IMG/VR virus record: IMGVR_UViG_3300034105_004543
Location: 38,337-102,336 of that record
Reading direction: 5' to 3' (one strand)
DNA length: 64,000 nucleotides
DNA from: a virus
Below are positions 1-9,692 of this stretch, one piece after another. The notes under the pieces are model-generated. The model was not told the origin of the DNA. It searched no databases and was given only the letters and a program-made list of their open reading frames with translations. The first letter of the stretch is position 1, and the number at the start of each line of letters is the position of its first letter. The position numbers and the translations under genes are program-made.

Positions 1-1
1 A

Positions 2-478
2 TTAAACGAATCCGGATTTGCTGGAGACTATACAGATCTTACAACAAGAATAGATAGTTTGATAGAATCAGTTAAAACACAAAAAACTGAATCAAATATA
101 AACGAAGCTTCTAAGTCAATGAAGCAAACAGCCAACACACAAAAGGCAGACGAAGTTCTTAACGAAAATGAGAACAAAAACAAAACAGGTCTTAATTTTA
201 TTGACACAATGCCTGAAGAATACACACAAGTTTGGGAATCACTTACTGAAGGACACAAGCAATCAATTATTGCTCAAAGTAACTTCTATAGATTAGATAC
301 ACCTTACCAAGTGAAAAACTTCTGGTCAACACGTCAATTAGGAGCTGCTACTGTTGGAGTTCAAAAATTAGATGAGAGCGAGAATATTGCAATGCCTAAT
401 ACACAAGCAAATGGTTATTCTAACGAATATATGAATGCTATTGCTTCTGCATTAGAGAAAAAATTTCAAACAAGATAA
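2..478 (+). CDS. Prohead scaffold/core-like protein, C-terminal part (5'-truncated by window edge)
   Basis: The frame is open from base 2 (LNESGFAGDY...) to TAA at 476-478. It is acidic, has many (L/I/V)xE sites (LNES, LIES, INEA, LNEN, LDES), and lies directly upstream of the major capsid gene, as the T4 gp21/gp22 genes do. Confidence 0.65.
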   Translation, partial: LNESGFAGDYTDLTTRIDSLIESVKTQKTESNINEASKSMKQTANTQKADEVLNENENKNKTGLNFIDTMPEEYTQVWESLTEGHKQSIIAQSNFYRLDTPYQVKNFWSTRQLGAATVGVQKLDESENIAMPNTQANGYSNEYMNAIASALEKKFQTR

Positions 479-495
479 AAAAAAGTAAATAAATC

Positions 496-2217
496 ATGAA
501 ATTGATTAACGAACAAGAAATCTACGATACCTGGTCACCGCTTATTGAAAGCAAAGCTGGTATTACAGATGAAGGAAAAAAAGGATGGTTGACTAAATAT
601 TGTCACTATCACTCATTAAACGAATCTGCTGGAGCTTATAACTCTTTAGGTGTTGTTAATGGTATGGGTAGCGTTGCTCCCCCTGCATTCCCAGGAATGG
701 GTTCATTCCAAGGTGGTAATGCTAATGGTGGTTTCTATAACACAGGTAACCAAGGATCTGGAGATAAATTCCCATCTTTATTGCCTTTAGCAATTCAAGT
801 TGCTGCAAAAACTATCGGTTTTGATATCGTTCCAGTTATCCCTATGTCGGGTCCAACAGGTATCTTATCTTACTTAGATTATGTTTATGCTGGTGGTAAA
901 ATTGGTGCTTCTGCTGCTTCTACAGCTGCTGATCAATTAGCTTCTGCTCCAACATTAATTAAATTCCCAGTTTATACTGGATCTGGTGCTACTGGTGCTA
1001 CTGGTGCTACTGCAGCTTCATTCCCAACAGTTGGTGCTACAGGTAACATCTCAACATTACAATTAACATTTGTGGGTCTTTCTAGAATTGACGGTTTCCC
1101 AATATTTGAAGTAATGGGTCTGGCTGCTGGACAAAACATCTCTAACTATATTAATGGTACACCAACAGCTCTTACTAACTTTGGTATTGCTGGTCCTGCT
1201 TTATCAACAGGAGCTACTTATTCTCCAAATGGTTATGCACCACAATTAGTTAAAGCTTTAGAAGATCATATCCAAGGTTTCTCTGGTGCTGGTTTCAACA
1301 ACACTACTGACTGGCAAGGTCCTTATGTAGATGGTACTAAAACTTACAATCCAATGTTAAGAGGTGTAGGTGAGTCTACTTACTTCAACTCTATGGGTCT
1401 TTCGACTTTCACTAAATTCGTTGAAGCTGAAACTTTCCAAGTTGCTGCTGCAGTTACAACTGAGCAAATTCAGGATCTTAACAAACAATTCGGTATCGAC
1501 GTTATCTCAATGATCGAGAACGCATTGGTTAATGAGGTATCTCAAGCTATCAACAAACACATCTTAGCAAGAGCATTCGCTTTAGGTTGGTCTAACCACG
1601 TACAGTTCAACAACGTTGAGCAACAAAACTTAAACTTGAATCTAGTGATTGCTGGTTCTGCTGGTACAACTGCTTCTTATATAAATAAATCTGACTCTAA
1701 CGTTAGTATGGCAATTCCTGCTGGTCCTGCTTCAGGTGGTTACGAGAACTTATCAACTCTTCAAAGAAGATTATTCTCTAGAATCCTTGCAGCTGCAAAC
1801 GTAGTAGCTAACAGAGGTAGAAGAGGTCCTGCTAACTTCATCGTTACTAACGCTGCTGTAGCAAGTGCACTTCAAGATATTTCTCAGTTCACTTTCGCAC
1901 CATTCTCTAACACATTAACACAAAACAACGGTACTTTATACCCTGTAGGTTCTCTTGCTGGTATGACAGTATATGTAGATCAGAACATGAACTACAATGA
2001 TACGAGAGTGTTAATCGGAAGAAAAGGTGGTGATGACGAACCAGGATTAAAATTCATGCCTTACATGATGGCGGAGTCTATCCAGACTATCTCAGAGGGT
2101 ACGATGAGTCCAAAAATCGCAGTTAAATCTAGATACGCTTTAGTTGAAGCTGGTTTCTTACCTGAAACTATGTACTTAACATTCTATGTTAACGTACCTG
2201 CTGGTGGTTTAGCATAA
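496..2217 (+). CDS. Major capsid protein, T4 gp23-like
   Basis: gp23-family motifs: V-x-PMSGPTG, 'TTEQIQDL..QFGID', 'NEVSQAINKHIL', 'RRGPANFIV', 'G.LAGM.VYVD', 'PGLKFMPY', 'PKIAVKSRYAL'. Codon bias is that of a highly expressed gene, and a terminator follows. Confidence 0.95.
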   Translation: MKLINEQEIYDTWSPLIESKAGITDEGKKGWLTKYCHYHSLNESAGAYNSLGVVNGMGSVAPPAFPGMGSFQGGNANGGFYNTGNQGSGDKFPSLLPLAIQVAAKTIGFDIVPVIPMSGPTGILSYLDYVYAGGKIGASAASTAADQLASAPTLIKFPVYTGSGATGATGATAASFPTVGATGNISTLQLTFVGLSRIDGFPIFEVMGLAAGQNISNYINGTPTALTNFGIAGPALSTGATYSPNGYAPQLVKALEDHIQGFSGAGFNNTTDWQGPYVDGTKTYNPMLRGVGESTYFNSMGLSTFTKFVEAETFQVAAAVTTEQIQDLNKQFGIDVISMIENALVNEVSQAINKHILARAFALGWSNHVQFNNVEQQNLNLNLVIAGSAGTTASYINKSDSNVSMAIPAGPASGGYENLSTLQRRLFSRILAAANVVANRGRRGPANFIVTNAAVASALQDISQFTFAPFSNTLTQNNGTLYPVGSLAGMTVYVDQNMNYNDTRVLIGRKGGDDEPGLKFMPYMMAESIQTISEGTMSPKIAVKSRYALVEAGFLPETMYLTFYVNVPAGGLA

Positions 2218-2259
2218 TTTTGACAATCTACCGAATTTTAATTAATTCGGTTTAAATTT

Positions 2260-2289
2260 AAAGCTCCGGTGAAACCCGGAGCTTTTTTT
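2260..2289 (+). terminator. Intrinsic terminator after major capsid gene
   Basis: AAAGCTCCGG-tgaaac-CCGGAGCTTT stem followed by a T tract. A second small hairpin, ACCGAATT-ttaatt-AATTCGGT, lies at 2230-2251. Confidence 0.85.
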
Positions 2290-2329
2290 ATTATATAAGA
2301 TATGTACAATAATAGATATATTTGGACTC

Positions 2330-4081
2330 ATGGAACATTCTAAAGAATTACAATTACTGATAGTTTCTTTAATAGACTGCAGAGATAGGGGAAAAAGCTC
2401 AACTGGAGAGTTTACTAGAATGAGAGGAAAAACATCACTGTTTTCTGAGATTGGTGTACTTACTGCTTATTTGGATGATGAATGTACCGATGTTGGATTA
2501 GCACAAAGATTATATCATCTCCGTGAAAATATTAATTTTGTACAATATTGTGGATGCTGTAGGGAAAGAGGAATTTTAAATTCTAGAAAATTTCATAGAT
2601 TAAGTACCGGTTATTTTGCAACATGTGGTTCTAAAGAATGCAAGAGAAAAACTAAAATTAATTCATTTAGATCAACAATAGAAGAAAAATATGATGGTAA
2701 CTATTTCGGAGAAGGTTCAGTAGCTAGAGAAAAATATAAATCAACAATGATTGGGAAATATGGCGTTGATCATAACTGGAAATCAGGTGAATTGAGGGAT
2801 GCTGCTGAAACGACAATGATTGAGAAATATGGGGTAAAAAATGCTTTGTCTAATCCTGAAATATTGGAAAAAAGAAATCTAACATGTATAAGTAAACATG
2901 GAACGTTAGATTTTATTAATTCAGAAAAATCAAAAGCAACAACTTTTATTAAATATGGTAAGAATAATGCTATGCAAAATGATGCAATAGCAAGAAAAGT
3001 TGCTATGTCCTCATCAGCGACAAAACAGAGGATCTTATCCGATAAATTGGAATTTTTTAATATAACACTTCTTAATTATAATTCAATAAGATCCAAATTT
3101 TTGTGTAATAAATGCTCAACTGTATTTGATAATCACCCAGTTACTATAAATCATAAGATAAGAATAGGATCTGATCCATGTATTAAATGTAATCCACCAA
3201 GCCTTACCTCGTCCATAGCGGAGAATGAATTTTCAGATTTCATCACCACAATATATTCTGGAGAGATTAAAAAAAATGATAGAGAATTATTCAGAGGAAA
3301 TCCAAAATTTTCTGAGGTTGATGTGTATTTACCTGAATTAAATATAGCTTTCGAGTATAATGGCTTATATTGGCATTCCGAAATTTATAAGAATCCCACA
3401 TACCATATTGAAAAAACTCAAAATCTATTATCTAACGGGATTAAGCTGTATCATATTTGGGAGGATGATTGGTTGTATAAGAAGGATATAGTAAAATCGA
3501 TGGTGTCCGCGATATTAGGAACATGTACTAGAATATATGCAAGGAAATGTAGGGTTGATTACGTTACTTCCGCTGAGTATGTAAAATTTACTAAAGAAAA
3601 TCATCTGAAGGGTTATTCAACGGCAAGTAAAGTGATAGGTCTTTATTACAATGATGAACTAATTTCTTTGATGAGTTTTTCGAAAACCCGTAAATTGATA
3701 GATTCAAGTACTAGCTTATATGAATATGAATTAATAAGAAGCTGCACGAAAATGAATTATAGTGTTGTTGGCGGAGCATCCAAATTATTTAATTTTTTCA
3801 ATAATAATATAGGAAGATCATTAGTAACATATTGTGATGTATCATTTTCTCCCGATTTAACGAGTACTGCATATAGTAAATGCGGTATGGAATATTTGAA
3901 ACTAACTAGCCCAGGATATTATTGGGTAATAGACGGAAAAAGATCAAATAGATTAAATTGGACGAAGCAGAAATTAATAGATGCTGGTTATCCACCAGAG
4001 AAAACAGCTGATGAGATTATGACAGGGATTGGTGCATATAAAATATGGGATTGCGGAAACCATAAATTTTCTAAAAAATAA
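2330..4081 (+). CDS. Free-standing putative homing endonuclease (Cys-rich N-terminus, KYG..N repeats, Vsr/DUF559-like nuclease, Hef-like C-terminal domain)
   Basis: CxxC pairs; repeated (E/G)KYGVxN units; 'EVDVYLPELNIAFEYNGLYWH' and 'HIWEDDW' nuclease motifs; C-terminal 'RIYARKC...ENHLKG...VVGGASKL...IWDCG'. Inserted immediately after the capsid gene. Confidence 0.7.
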   Translation: MEHSKELQLLIVSLIDCRDRGKSSTGEFTRMRGKTSLFSEIGVLTAYLDDECTDVGLAQRLYHLRENINFVQYCGCCRERGILNSRKFHRLSTGYFATCGSKECKRKTKINSFRSTIEEKYDGNYFGEGSVAREKYKSTMIGKYGVDHNWKSGELRDAAETTMIEKYGVKNALSNPEILEKRNLTCISKHGTLDFINSEKSKATTFIKYGKNNAMQNDAIARKVAMSSSATKQRILSDKLEFFNITLLNYNSIRSKFLCNKCSTVFDNHPVTINHKIRIGSDPCIKCNPPSLTSSIAENEFSDFITTIYSGEIKKNDRELFRGNPKFSEVDVYLPELNIAFEYNGLYWHSEIYKNPTYHIEKTQNLLSNGIKLYHIWEDDWLYKKDIVKSMVSAILGTCTRIYARKCRVDYVTSAEYVKFTKENHLKGYSTASKVIGLYYNDELISLMSFSKTRKLIDSSTSLYEYELIRSCTKMNYSVVGGASKLFNFFNNNIGRSLVTYCDVSFSPDLTSTAYSKCGMEYLKLTSPGYYWVIDGKRSNRLNWTKQKLIDAGYPPEKTADEIMTGIGAYKIWDCGNHKFSKK

Positions 4082-4113
4082 AAGGTCACAGATATTAGTG
4101 GCTTTTTATTTTT
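4075..4113 (+). terminator. Probable intrinsic terminator
   Basis: AAAAATAAAAGGTCAC-agatatta-GTGGCTTTTTATTTTT imperfect (G-U) stem with a U tract at the end of the endonuclease gene. Confidence 0.5.
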
Positions 4114-4123
4114 CATTTCTGTC

Positions 4124-4131
4124 GATATATA
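4124..4131 (+). promoter_or_regulatory. GATATATA putative late promoter element
   Basis: Recurrent intergenic octamer, 22 nt upstream of the likely start at 4154. Confidence 0.6.
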
Positions 4132-4153
4132 GATGATAAAAATAAATAAATTT

Positions 4154-5311
4154 ATGAAAATCATTCCATCTTTTGAGGATTTCGAACAGTATGAAGGTCT
4201 TATAGAAAATCTAGATCCATCGTTGCTTAAAGAGTTAAGATCCATAGAAATTCCAGAAATAACATCCCCTATAAATGAGGGTAGAATTGCTAATTTTTTA
4301 ACCAATAAACTTTCGAAGTTCCTTCTTGGATCTTTCTCTGGAGTTGGTATGATAGATGAAGCTATCAAAGTGGTACTTGCCATTGAACTTGATCTTATTC
4401 AGAAATCTAGTGACTTTAAAAAGGAGGTAGCTAAAATTGAAGATCAGATAGACCAGCTCTCCAAGGAAAAAAACACAGATAAAATCACGGCGTTATCGAA
4501 GGAAAGGGAAGCCAAAATGAACGAATTTGATGCATACGAAAAAGCACAGAATCTCAAACTTAAAAAAGCAAGGGATGTAGCTAAACAAATCGTAAATGGC
4601 AATTCTAGAAGAAAGGAATATCTTGATTCCTGTTATGCAGAAAACGAGATAGAAATGGCTGAGCTTGAATATAGATTAGCAAAGGAAAGATCTGAGGATC
4701 AGACAGCATTAAAATCGTACGAGGAGAAACTTGCTAAAGCTAGAGAAGAAGCAGAAGCTAAAGCCAAGGAGATAGAAGAACAGATGAAGAAAGAGGAGGA
4801 TAATAAGGAACCTAAGGAAGTAAAAACTGAGGTTTCGTTTGATGCTGAAAAGGAGAAAAAAATTATATCAAGAAGAAAAGGTGGTGATGTAATTAAAAGA
4901 AAAAATGAACTTGAAAAGGAGATAGCTGATATTAAATCAGATATGGAGAGAAGATTAAATCAAATTTCTAATAAGATAAAGAAATCCACTAAACCACTAA
5001 CGGAAAGATACTTAGAAAATGCAAAACTCGATCTGATAGAGATGGCAACTGCACTTGATTATAAAAAGGAGCTTCTTTCAACATTTAGAAATCTAGGTAA
5101 GAATGCAACTGAAATTGAGAAATCACTTGGTAATAATAAGGAATTTAAGGATGCTATAGATAAGATTAATAAAGGTGCGGGTAATGCTAAACAGATAAAA
5201 GGTGAGGTGTTAAAAGCATTTAGAGATGCATTCTCAACAGTCGGTATTGGTAAATCTGGTGTATTAACTATAGGAATCATAGACAATCTTAAAGAAAAAA
5301 TAAATAAATAA
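4154..5311 (+). CDS. Coiled-coil putative internal head/ejection protein (track ORF starts 4133; ATG 4154 preferred)
   Basis: N-terminus MKIIPSFEDF...LIEN...INEG resembles a capsid-targeting sequence plus protease sites. The body is Lys/Glu-rich and helical. Paralogous to the next gene. Confidence 0.55.
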   Translation: MKIIPSFEDFEQYEGLIENLDPSLLKELRSIEIPEITSPINEGRIANFLTNKLSKFLLGSFSGVGMIDEAIKVVLAIELDLIQKSSDFKKEVAKIEDQIDQLSKEKNTDKITALSKEREAKMNEFDAYEKAQNLKLKKARDVAKQIVNGNSRRKEYLDSCYAENEIEMAELEYRLAKERSEDQTALKSYEEKLAKAREEAEAKAKEIEEQMKKEEDNKEPKEVKTEVSFDAEKEKKIISRRKGGDVIKRKNELEKEIADIKSDMERRLNQISNKIKKSTKPLTERYLENAKLDLIEMATALDYKKELLSTFRNLGKNATEIEKSLGNNKEFKDAIDKINKGAGNAKQIKGEVLKAFRDAFSTVGIGKSGVLTIGIIDNLKEKINK

Positions 5312-5313
5312 TC

Positions 5314-6216
5314 ATGACTTTAAAATTTAAAGATTGGGATCAACTCAACGAGGCTAGCATAATCGATAAAGTAAAAAACTGGTTTAGTAGCAAATTTGGC
5401 GGACCTATAGCTAAGATAGATGATATCGTGGAAGAATATAGATCTGCTGAGGGTGATTATGTGGATGAATGGGAAAAACTTAAAGGTGAACTCGACAAAC
5501 TTGATCTTGAGAAGGGTCAAACCAAAAGTGATCCAGCTGAACTTAAAAGAATTGAAAAATTCATAGATAAAAATAATCAGGCATTGGAAGCTGGAGAAAA
5601 GGCCCATGCTAAGAGGATAGATCTTATTATGAAGGAGGTTAAGCAGGAAATCAATGGCGATACAAAACTTAGAAAATACTGGGAATATAATAAAACAAAG
5701 GTTGACGCTGAGGTTGCTGAAGAAATGTATAATAGAGCTAAGAATTTAGCAGATGCAGCATTGGGTAAATCCCTATACAATAAATACAAATCGACTGTTA
5801 TAAAAGCTAAAGAAAAAGATTTAGAATTTAGAAAGTTGTACGGAGATCTCATAGGCGGTACAGGGAGAGGCAAAGAAAATGAGCCAAATTCCACTGTTCC
5901 TGGTGGGGGATCTACTGGATTAAGCGATTCCCAAATGGAACAGTTTTTAAATATGTCCATAACTGATTTTTCAAAAAGCTCTAGAACCATGGATAAGGGT
6001 GATATTAGAGAACTAGTTTCTTTTCTTATAAGAAAAAGAAATGATCTCTACGTACAGATGGATCTTGAAAGAGATGCTCTTAATGAACTAATAGCTAGAA
6101 AGCAAGGTGCTGGTGCAACTAAAGAAAGCGCAGCAACTAAGCTTAAAGAGATACGTGAAAAATACATGGATAAGATCAGGGATCTTAGAGGAAAAATAAC
6201 TGTGGTTAGAAGATGA
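5314..6216 (+). CDS. Coiled-coil putative internal head protein, paralog of 4154-5311
   Basis: MTLKFKDWDQLNEA N-terminus; shares the 'NG....+.Y........E.AE..Y..AK' block with the upstream gene. Confidence 0.55.
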   Translation: MTLKFKDWDQLNEASIIDKVKNWFSSKFGGPIAKIDDIVEEYRSAEGDYVDEWEKLKGELDKLDLEKGQTKSDPAELKRIEKFIDKNNQALEAGEKAHAKRIDLIMKEVKQEINGDTKLRKYWEYNKTKVDAEVAEEMYNRAKNLADAALGKSLYNKYKSTVIKAKEKDLEFRKLYGDLIGGTGRGKENEPNSTVPGGGSTGLSDSQMEQFLNMSITDFSKSSRTMDKGDIRELVSFLIRKRNDLYVQMDLERDALNELIARKQGAGATKESAATKLKEIREKYMDKIRDLRGKITVVRR

Positions 6217-6473
6217 TAACATTTAATTCGTTTAGATTACTCGAAGAAGAATCAGAGGCAACAAAAATACAGCAACTAAGATTGCAGTTGTCCCAAAATT
6301 TTGATGAGTTAACTGATGCAAAATCTATTAAAAAAGAAGGTGATCCAGCCTCTGAAGCAGCAAGTCTTGATCAGCAAGCAGCAGTTCATATTAAAGTATC
6401 CAATACAATGAAAGCTCTTTCAGCAGAAATTAAAAAACAACCAAAAACAGTAGCTACGCCTGCTGCAACATAA
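6213..6473 (+). CDS. Small putative internal head protein
   Basis: ATGA overlap with the previous stop; N-terminus MITFNSFRLLEEE. Confidence 0.55.
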   Translation: MITFNSFRLLEEESEATKIQQLRLQLSQNFDELTDAKSIKKEGDPASEAASLDQQAAVHIKVSNTMKALSAEIKKQPKTVATPAAT

Positions 6474-6485
6474 ACTAATAAAGAT

Positions 6486-9026
6486 ATGAATCAATATTTA
6501 AAAAATAATCCTGTAGCTAGATCAATATTCGAAAACCATAGGGAGGAGACAATCGGAAATCTATTCGAAAATGAAGTTGTTGATGCACTTTTAAGAACCA
6601 TCTGCGATGCTTGCTTGGATATCTACCAAAAGATAACTTTCGACGTAGCACCGGGTAGTGACAGAAATCCTAATGGTACCAGAGAAAAGCTTAGTCCACT
6701 TGTTGATGCAAAAAGTATTACTAATCTTATAGCTATTCTTAGAAATGACTCAGCAGAAAATGCAGTCAGAAATCCAGCTTATGCTGATTCTAAAAATCTA
6801 TATTTGCAATCCCTTGAAAAATATACAGAGGCCTTAAAAGTTGCATGTGATATAAACAAGTCAAATGAAAAATTCATACTTGATTATATCAAAGCCTGTG
6901 CTAACGTTAAGCAGAAGCAAACCGAATATATGGCAAAAGCATATAAGGATGAAATGGAAGCTAAAGTTAATGATTCTGAATCTTACTATTTTGGGGAAGA
7001 CATCGTGGACGTAAACGAAAGTGGAATTTTTACTGGATATAGAGGTAGAGTCGAGGATCTTAGAAAGATATTGACTAATCTTATACTCTCATCTAAAGAC
7101 AAGACATCAAAGAATGGGTACGGCAGGGATTGGCAAACAACATTTGTTGATCTTGATGAAAAAAGAAAAATCCTGGATATAAACAAGGGAGCATTCGGTG
7201 AGAAGGATAAAAAAGCACTAGATGAATTGGAAAAGCAAGTTGATAAATATAGACTTGAGTTTATAAAAGCTTCCAATATCGCAATAGATAAATCATTAGC
7301 TGCTGTTGAAAATGACGAGGAACTTAATGGAGCTTATGGTGATGTTAATACACTCTGTGACGAAGCTAAATTGTTAAAAACTAGAGCTGAATCCCAATAT
7401 ACAACCGCTATAGTCGCAATAAAGGATGAGCATAAAGAAAAGGAAGAGGTTTTTAATAAGACTTTATTTCCTATAAGTAAGGGTAATACTGATGCGGATG
7501 ATAAATTTAAAGATAGCGGATTAATCTTTGCTATTCAGAAAGCTCTTTGTGATGGTATACCATCGGCTGGAAAATTAATAAGATCTAAAGGTGGACCTAA
7601 TGGTAAATATGGACCAGCTACCAAGTCCGTTATTGCAACTATACAAAAGATGGAGGGAAATAAAAATGTTAATGGTGAAATAGATCAGGCTTTGCTTACT
7701 GATATACTTTCTTCTGATTGGGTCTCCACTGCAAATAAGACAGCAATAAATAAAGCATTGGATATTGCAAAAGTTAAAATGAATGATGGTCTTTCGACTG
7801 TTTTCTCCTTCAGTGATTTCGTGGGTGAGAGTAATAAAGTTAATGAAGGAAAGATTACCATCAATAATGATGATTTTGAAAAAGAATTGGCTTCCCAATA
7901 CAATCAATCTATTTCTGTAGAACCTCTTTCCCAACCCAAAAGTAAATCCCAACCAAAGGAAGGTGAGGAGGATGGTGACACTGATTCAAGTGGATCAAAA
8001 TCAGCGGATGCTAATAAGCTTGCAGAAAAGCTTAGAAGCGTTTATAAAATTGATGTTGAAGGAAAAAACTTTACAAGACCTGATGGATCACTTAAACCTT
8101 CGTATAATCCCAAATTCATGGAAGCTTGGATAAAAGCTTTAGATGGTGTATCTACCTCTCCTGGAGACTATGGATATTTCTTTAATGATGGGGGTTTATA
8201 TAAAATAAACAGAAAAGAAACATCTCTAAAATCACCATCGAATTGGTCTAAATTTGAAAAAGTTGATGAGAAAGACGATGCTTTTCTATTCTTTAAAAAC
8301 AACGCATCACATTTTAAGACAATCGGATATATTAATGGTGCTAAAAAATATGATGCTCTTAATAAATTTGCATCAGCAATTTCTGAAAATAAACTAAAGA
8401 AATTTAATAATATATCAAAAAAGATTGGAAGTATATTAATGAATAAAGAGACTCCCTTCATATCAATGGAAAATATGAAAGGTGATATAAAAACGGTATT
8501 TGATATTGCTTTAGATACCAATTCTACGAATCCTGATATGGGAGTATATGAATTTGTATTATTAAATACACTGCTTGTTTCCGTATCCAATTGTGTAACG
8601 TATGACCCAGATAAGAAAAAATATATTCCTTGTATTAAATGGATTTCTGATAACATTTTAACTGAAGAAGTTTGTCAGGGTGTTGCTGATGATAGATTAT
8701 TAAATGACGATGCTCCCGACGGTTCATTATTAATATTCACTAAGGACACATTAATTAATCCAAAAAGAAGCGATATAGAATCCATATTGAATAAAAAAAA
8801 TAACGACGGATGGTCCAATCAGAAAGAACTTTCATCTCTTGCTCCGCTTATTAAATTGAGACCTGGAACAGGAATGAAGACAGCTAAAGGTATAGTTATC
8901 CTGAATCTTAGAAGAATTTCTAAAACGATATATCCAGCGATTTCTAATCTGTGTAAGAGAATGAATACTGTTGAATTTAAAGATTTTCCTCAGGTGCTAC
9001 CAAATAAATGTATTGAAATAAAATAA
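6486..9026 (+). CDS. Large putative virion protein with a central peptidoglycan-binding (PG_binding_1-like) domain
   Basis: 'ISKG...LIFAIQKAL...GKYGPATKSVIATIQK...NGEIDQALL' at about 7470-7710; IFEN/LFEN/VNES/VNEG protease-like sites. Confidence 0.6.
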   Translation: MNQYLKNNPVARSIFENHREETIGNLFENEVVDALLRTICDACLDIYQKITFDVAPGSDRNPNGTREKLSPLVDAKSITNLIAILRNDSAENAVRNPAYADSKNLYLQSLEKYTEALKVACDINKSNEKFILDYIKACANVKQKQTEYMAKAYKDEMEAKVNDSESYYFGEDIVDVNESGIFTGYRGRVEDLRKILTNLILSSKDKTSKNGYGRDWQTTFVDLDEKRKILDINKGAFGEKDKKALDELEKQVDKYRLEFIKASNIAIDKSLAAVENDEELNGAYGDVNTLCDEAKLLKTRAESQYTTAIVAIKDEHKEKEEVFNKTLFPISKGNTDADDKFKDSGLIFAIQKALCDGIPSAGKLIRSKGGPNGKYGPATKSVIATIQKMEGNKNVNGEIDQALLTDILSSDWVSTANKTAINKALDIAKVKMNDGLSTVFSFSDFVGESNKVNEGKITINNDDFEKELASQYNQSISVEPLSQPKSKSQPKEGEEDGDTDSSGSKSADANKLAEKLRSVYKIDVEGKNFTRPDGSLKPSYNPKFMEAWIKALDGVSTSPGDYGYFFNDGGLYKINRKETSLKSPSNWSKFEKVDEKDDAFLFFKNNASHFKTIGYINGAKKYDALNKFASAISENKLKKFNNISKKIGSILMNKETPFISMENMKGDIKTVFDIALDTNSTNPDMGVYEFVLLNTLLVSVSNCVTYDPDKKKYIPCIKWISDNILTEEVCQGVADDRLLNDDAPDGSLLIFTKDTLINPKRSDIESILNKKNNDGWSNQKELSSLAPLIKLRPGTGMKTAKGIVILNLRRISKTIYPAISNLCKRMNTVEFKDFPQVLPNKCIEIK

Positions 9027-9032
9027 TAAAAT

Positions 9033-9081
9033 TTTACACAAAAAAAGGAGGATCTTAAAAATCCTCCTTTTTTTGTGTAAA
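9033..9081. terminator. Long perfect inverted repeat / bidirectional terminator
   Basis: 21-bp arms TTTACACAAAAAAAGGAGGAT / ATCCTCCTTTTTTTGTGTAAA with a 7-nt loop. Confidence 0.85.
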
Positions 9082-9091
9082 TTTGTAGGGC

Positions 9092-9121
9092 CGAAATCAA
9101 ATTAATTTTTGCATCTATAAT
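9092..9121 (+). promoter_or_regulatory. Putative bipartite promoter CGAAA-N17-TCTATAAT
   Basis: The same bipartite motif recurs at 14447-14477 and 39435-39464, each before a non-structural gene. Confidence 0.5.
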
Positions 9122-9125
9122 ATTT

Positions 9126-9680
9126 ATGATATACGTATTTGAAGGACCCAGAAATTCGGGAAAGACATACCTTTCCAAAGCTATAGAAAGAAGCTTGCTT
9201 ATAAAAAGATTCCAATTTGACTTTGGTAGCTATTTTAATCTATTGGAATTATCAAGTAAAGATAACAGGGAAGCTCATACATTCTCCATGGGTAAGGAAC
9301 TTATGATAATGCAAATGGCCAGAGATCTTAAAAGATCACTTCCTGATTATATACATGATAGAGGTATATTAACCGTTCTAGCTTGGGGTCTATCAGAGAA
9401 TAGAATAACTGAGGCTGATGTTATAAAGCAGATAGAATTTATAAGGGAGCATGATCTCATGTCCGAAATTACCATTATCTATGTTAATGGTGTGAATCCT
9501 GACAAATCTGATAGAAATAAGGATCAGTGGGATTATGCGGAACTAGATGACAAGGAGAGATCTGCTTTTAAATTTGTTATTTTTAAATTCATGGAACTTG
9601 GATTTCAAAATGTAAAGATCTTCGAAAACAAATTTGATGCCGAGAGCATCGAGACATTAAAGAATTATATAAACGATTAA
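9126..9680 (+). CDS. P-loop nucleotide kinase (dNMP/thymidylate kinase-like)
   Basis: N-terminal 'IYVFEGPRNSGKT' Walker A, and 'YIHDRG' matching the dTMP/dNMP-kinase DR motif. Confidence 0.7.
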   Translation: MIYVFEGPRNSGKTYLSKAIERSLLIKRFQFDFGSYFNLLELSSKDNREAHTFSMGKELMIMQMARDLKRSLPDYIHDRGILTVLAWGLSENRITEADVIKQIEFIREHDLMSEITIIYVNGVNPDKSDRNKDQWDYAELDDKERSAFKFVIFKFMELGFQNVKIFENKFDAESIETLKNYIND

Positions 9681-9692
9681 ATAGATATAATT

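Noticed and set aside
2315-2322. GATATATA element before the first endonuclease
   Set aside because: The sequence is GATATATT and only 7 nt from the ATG, so it was not counted as an instance.
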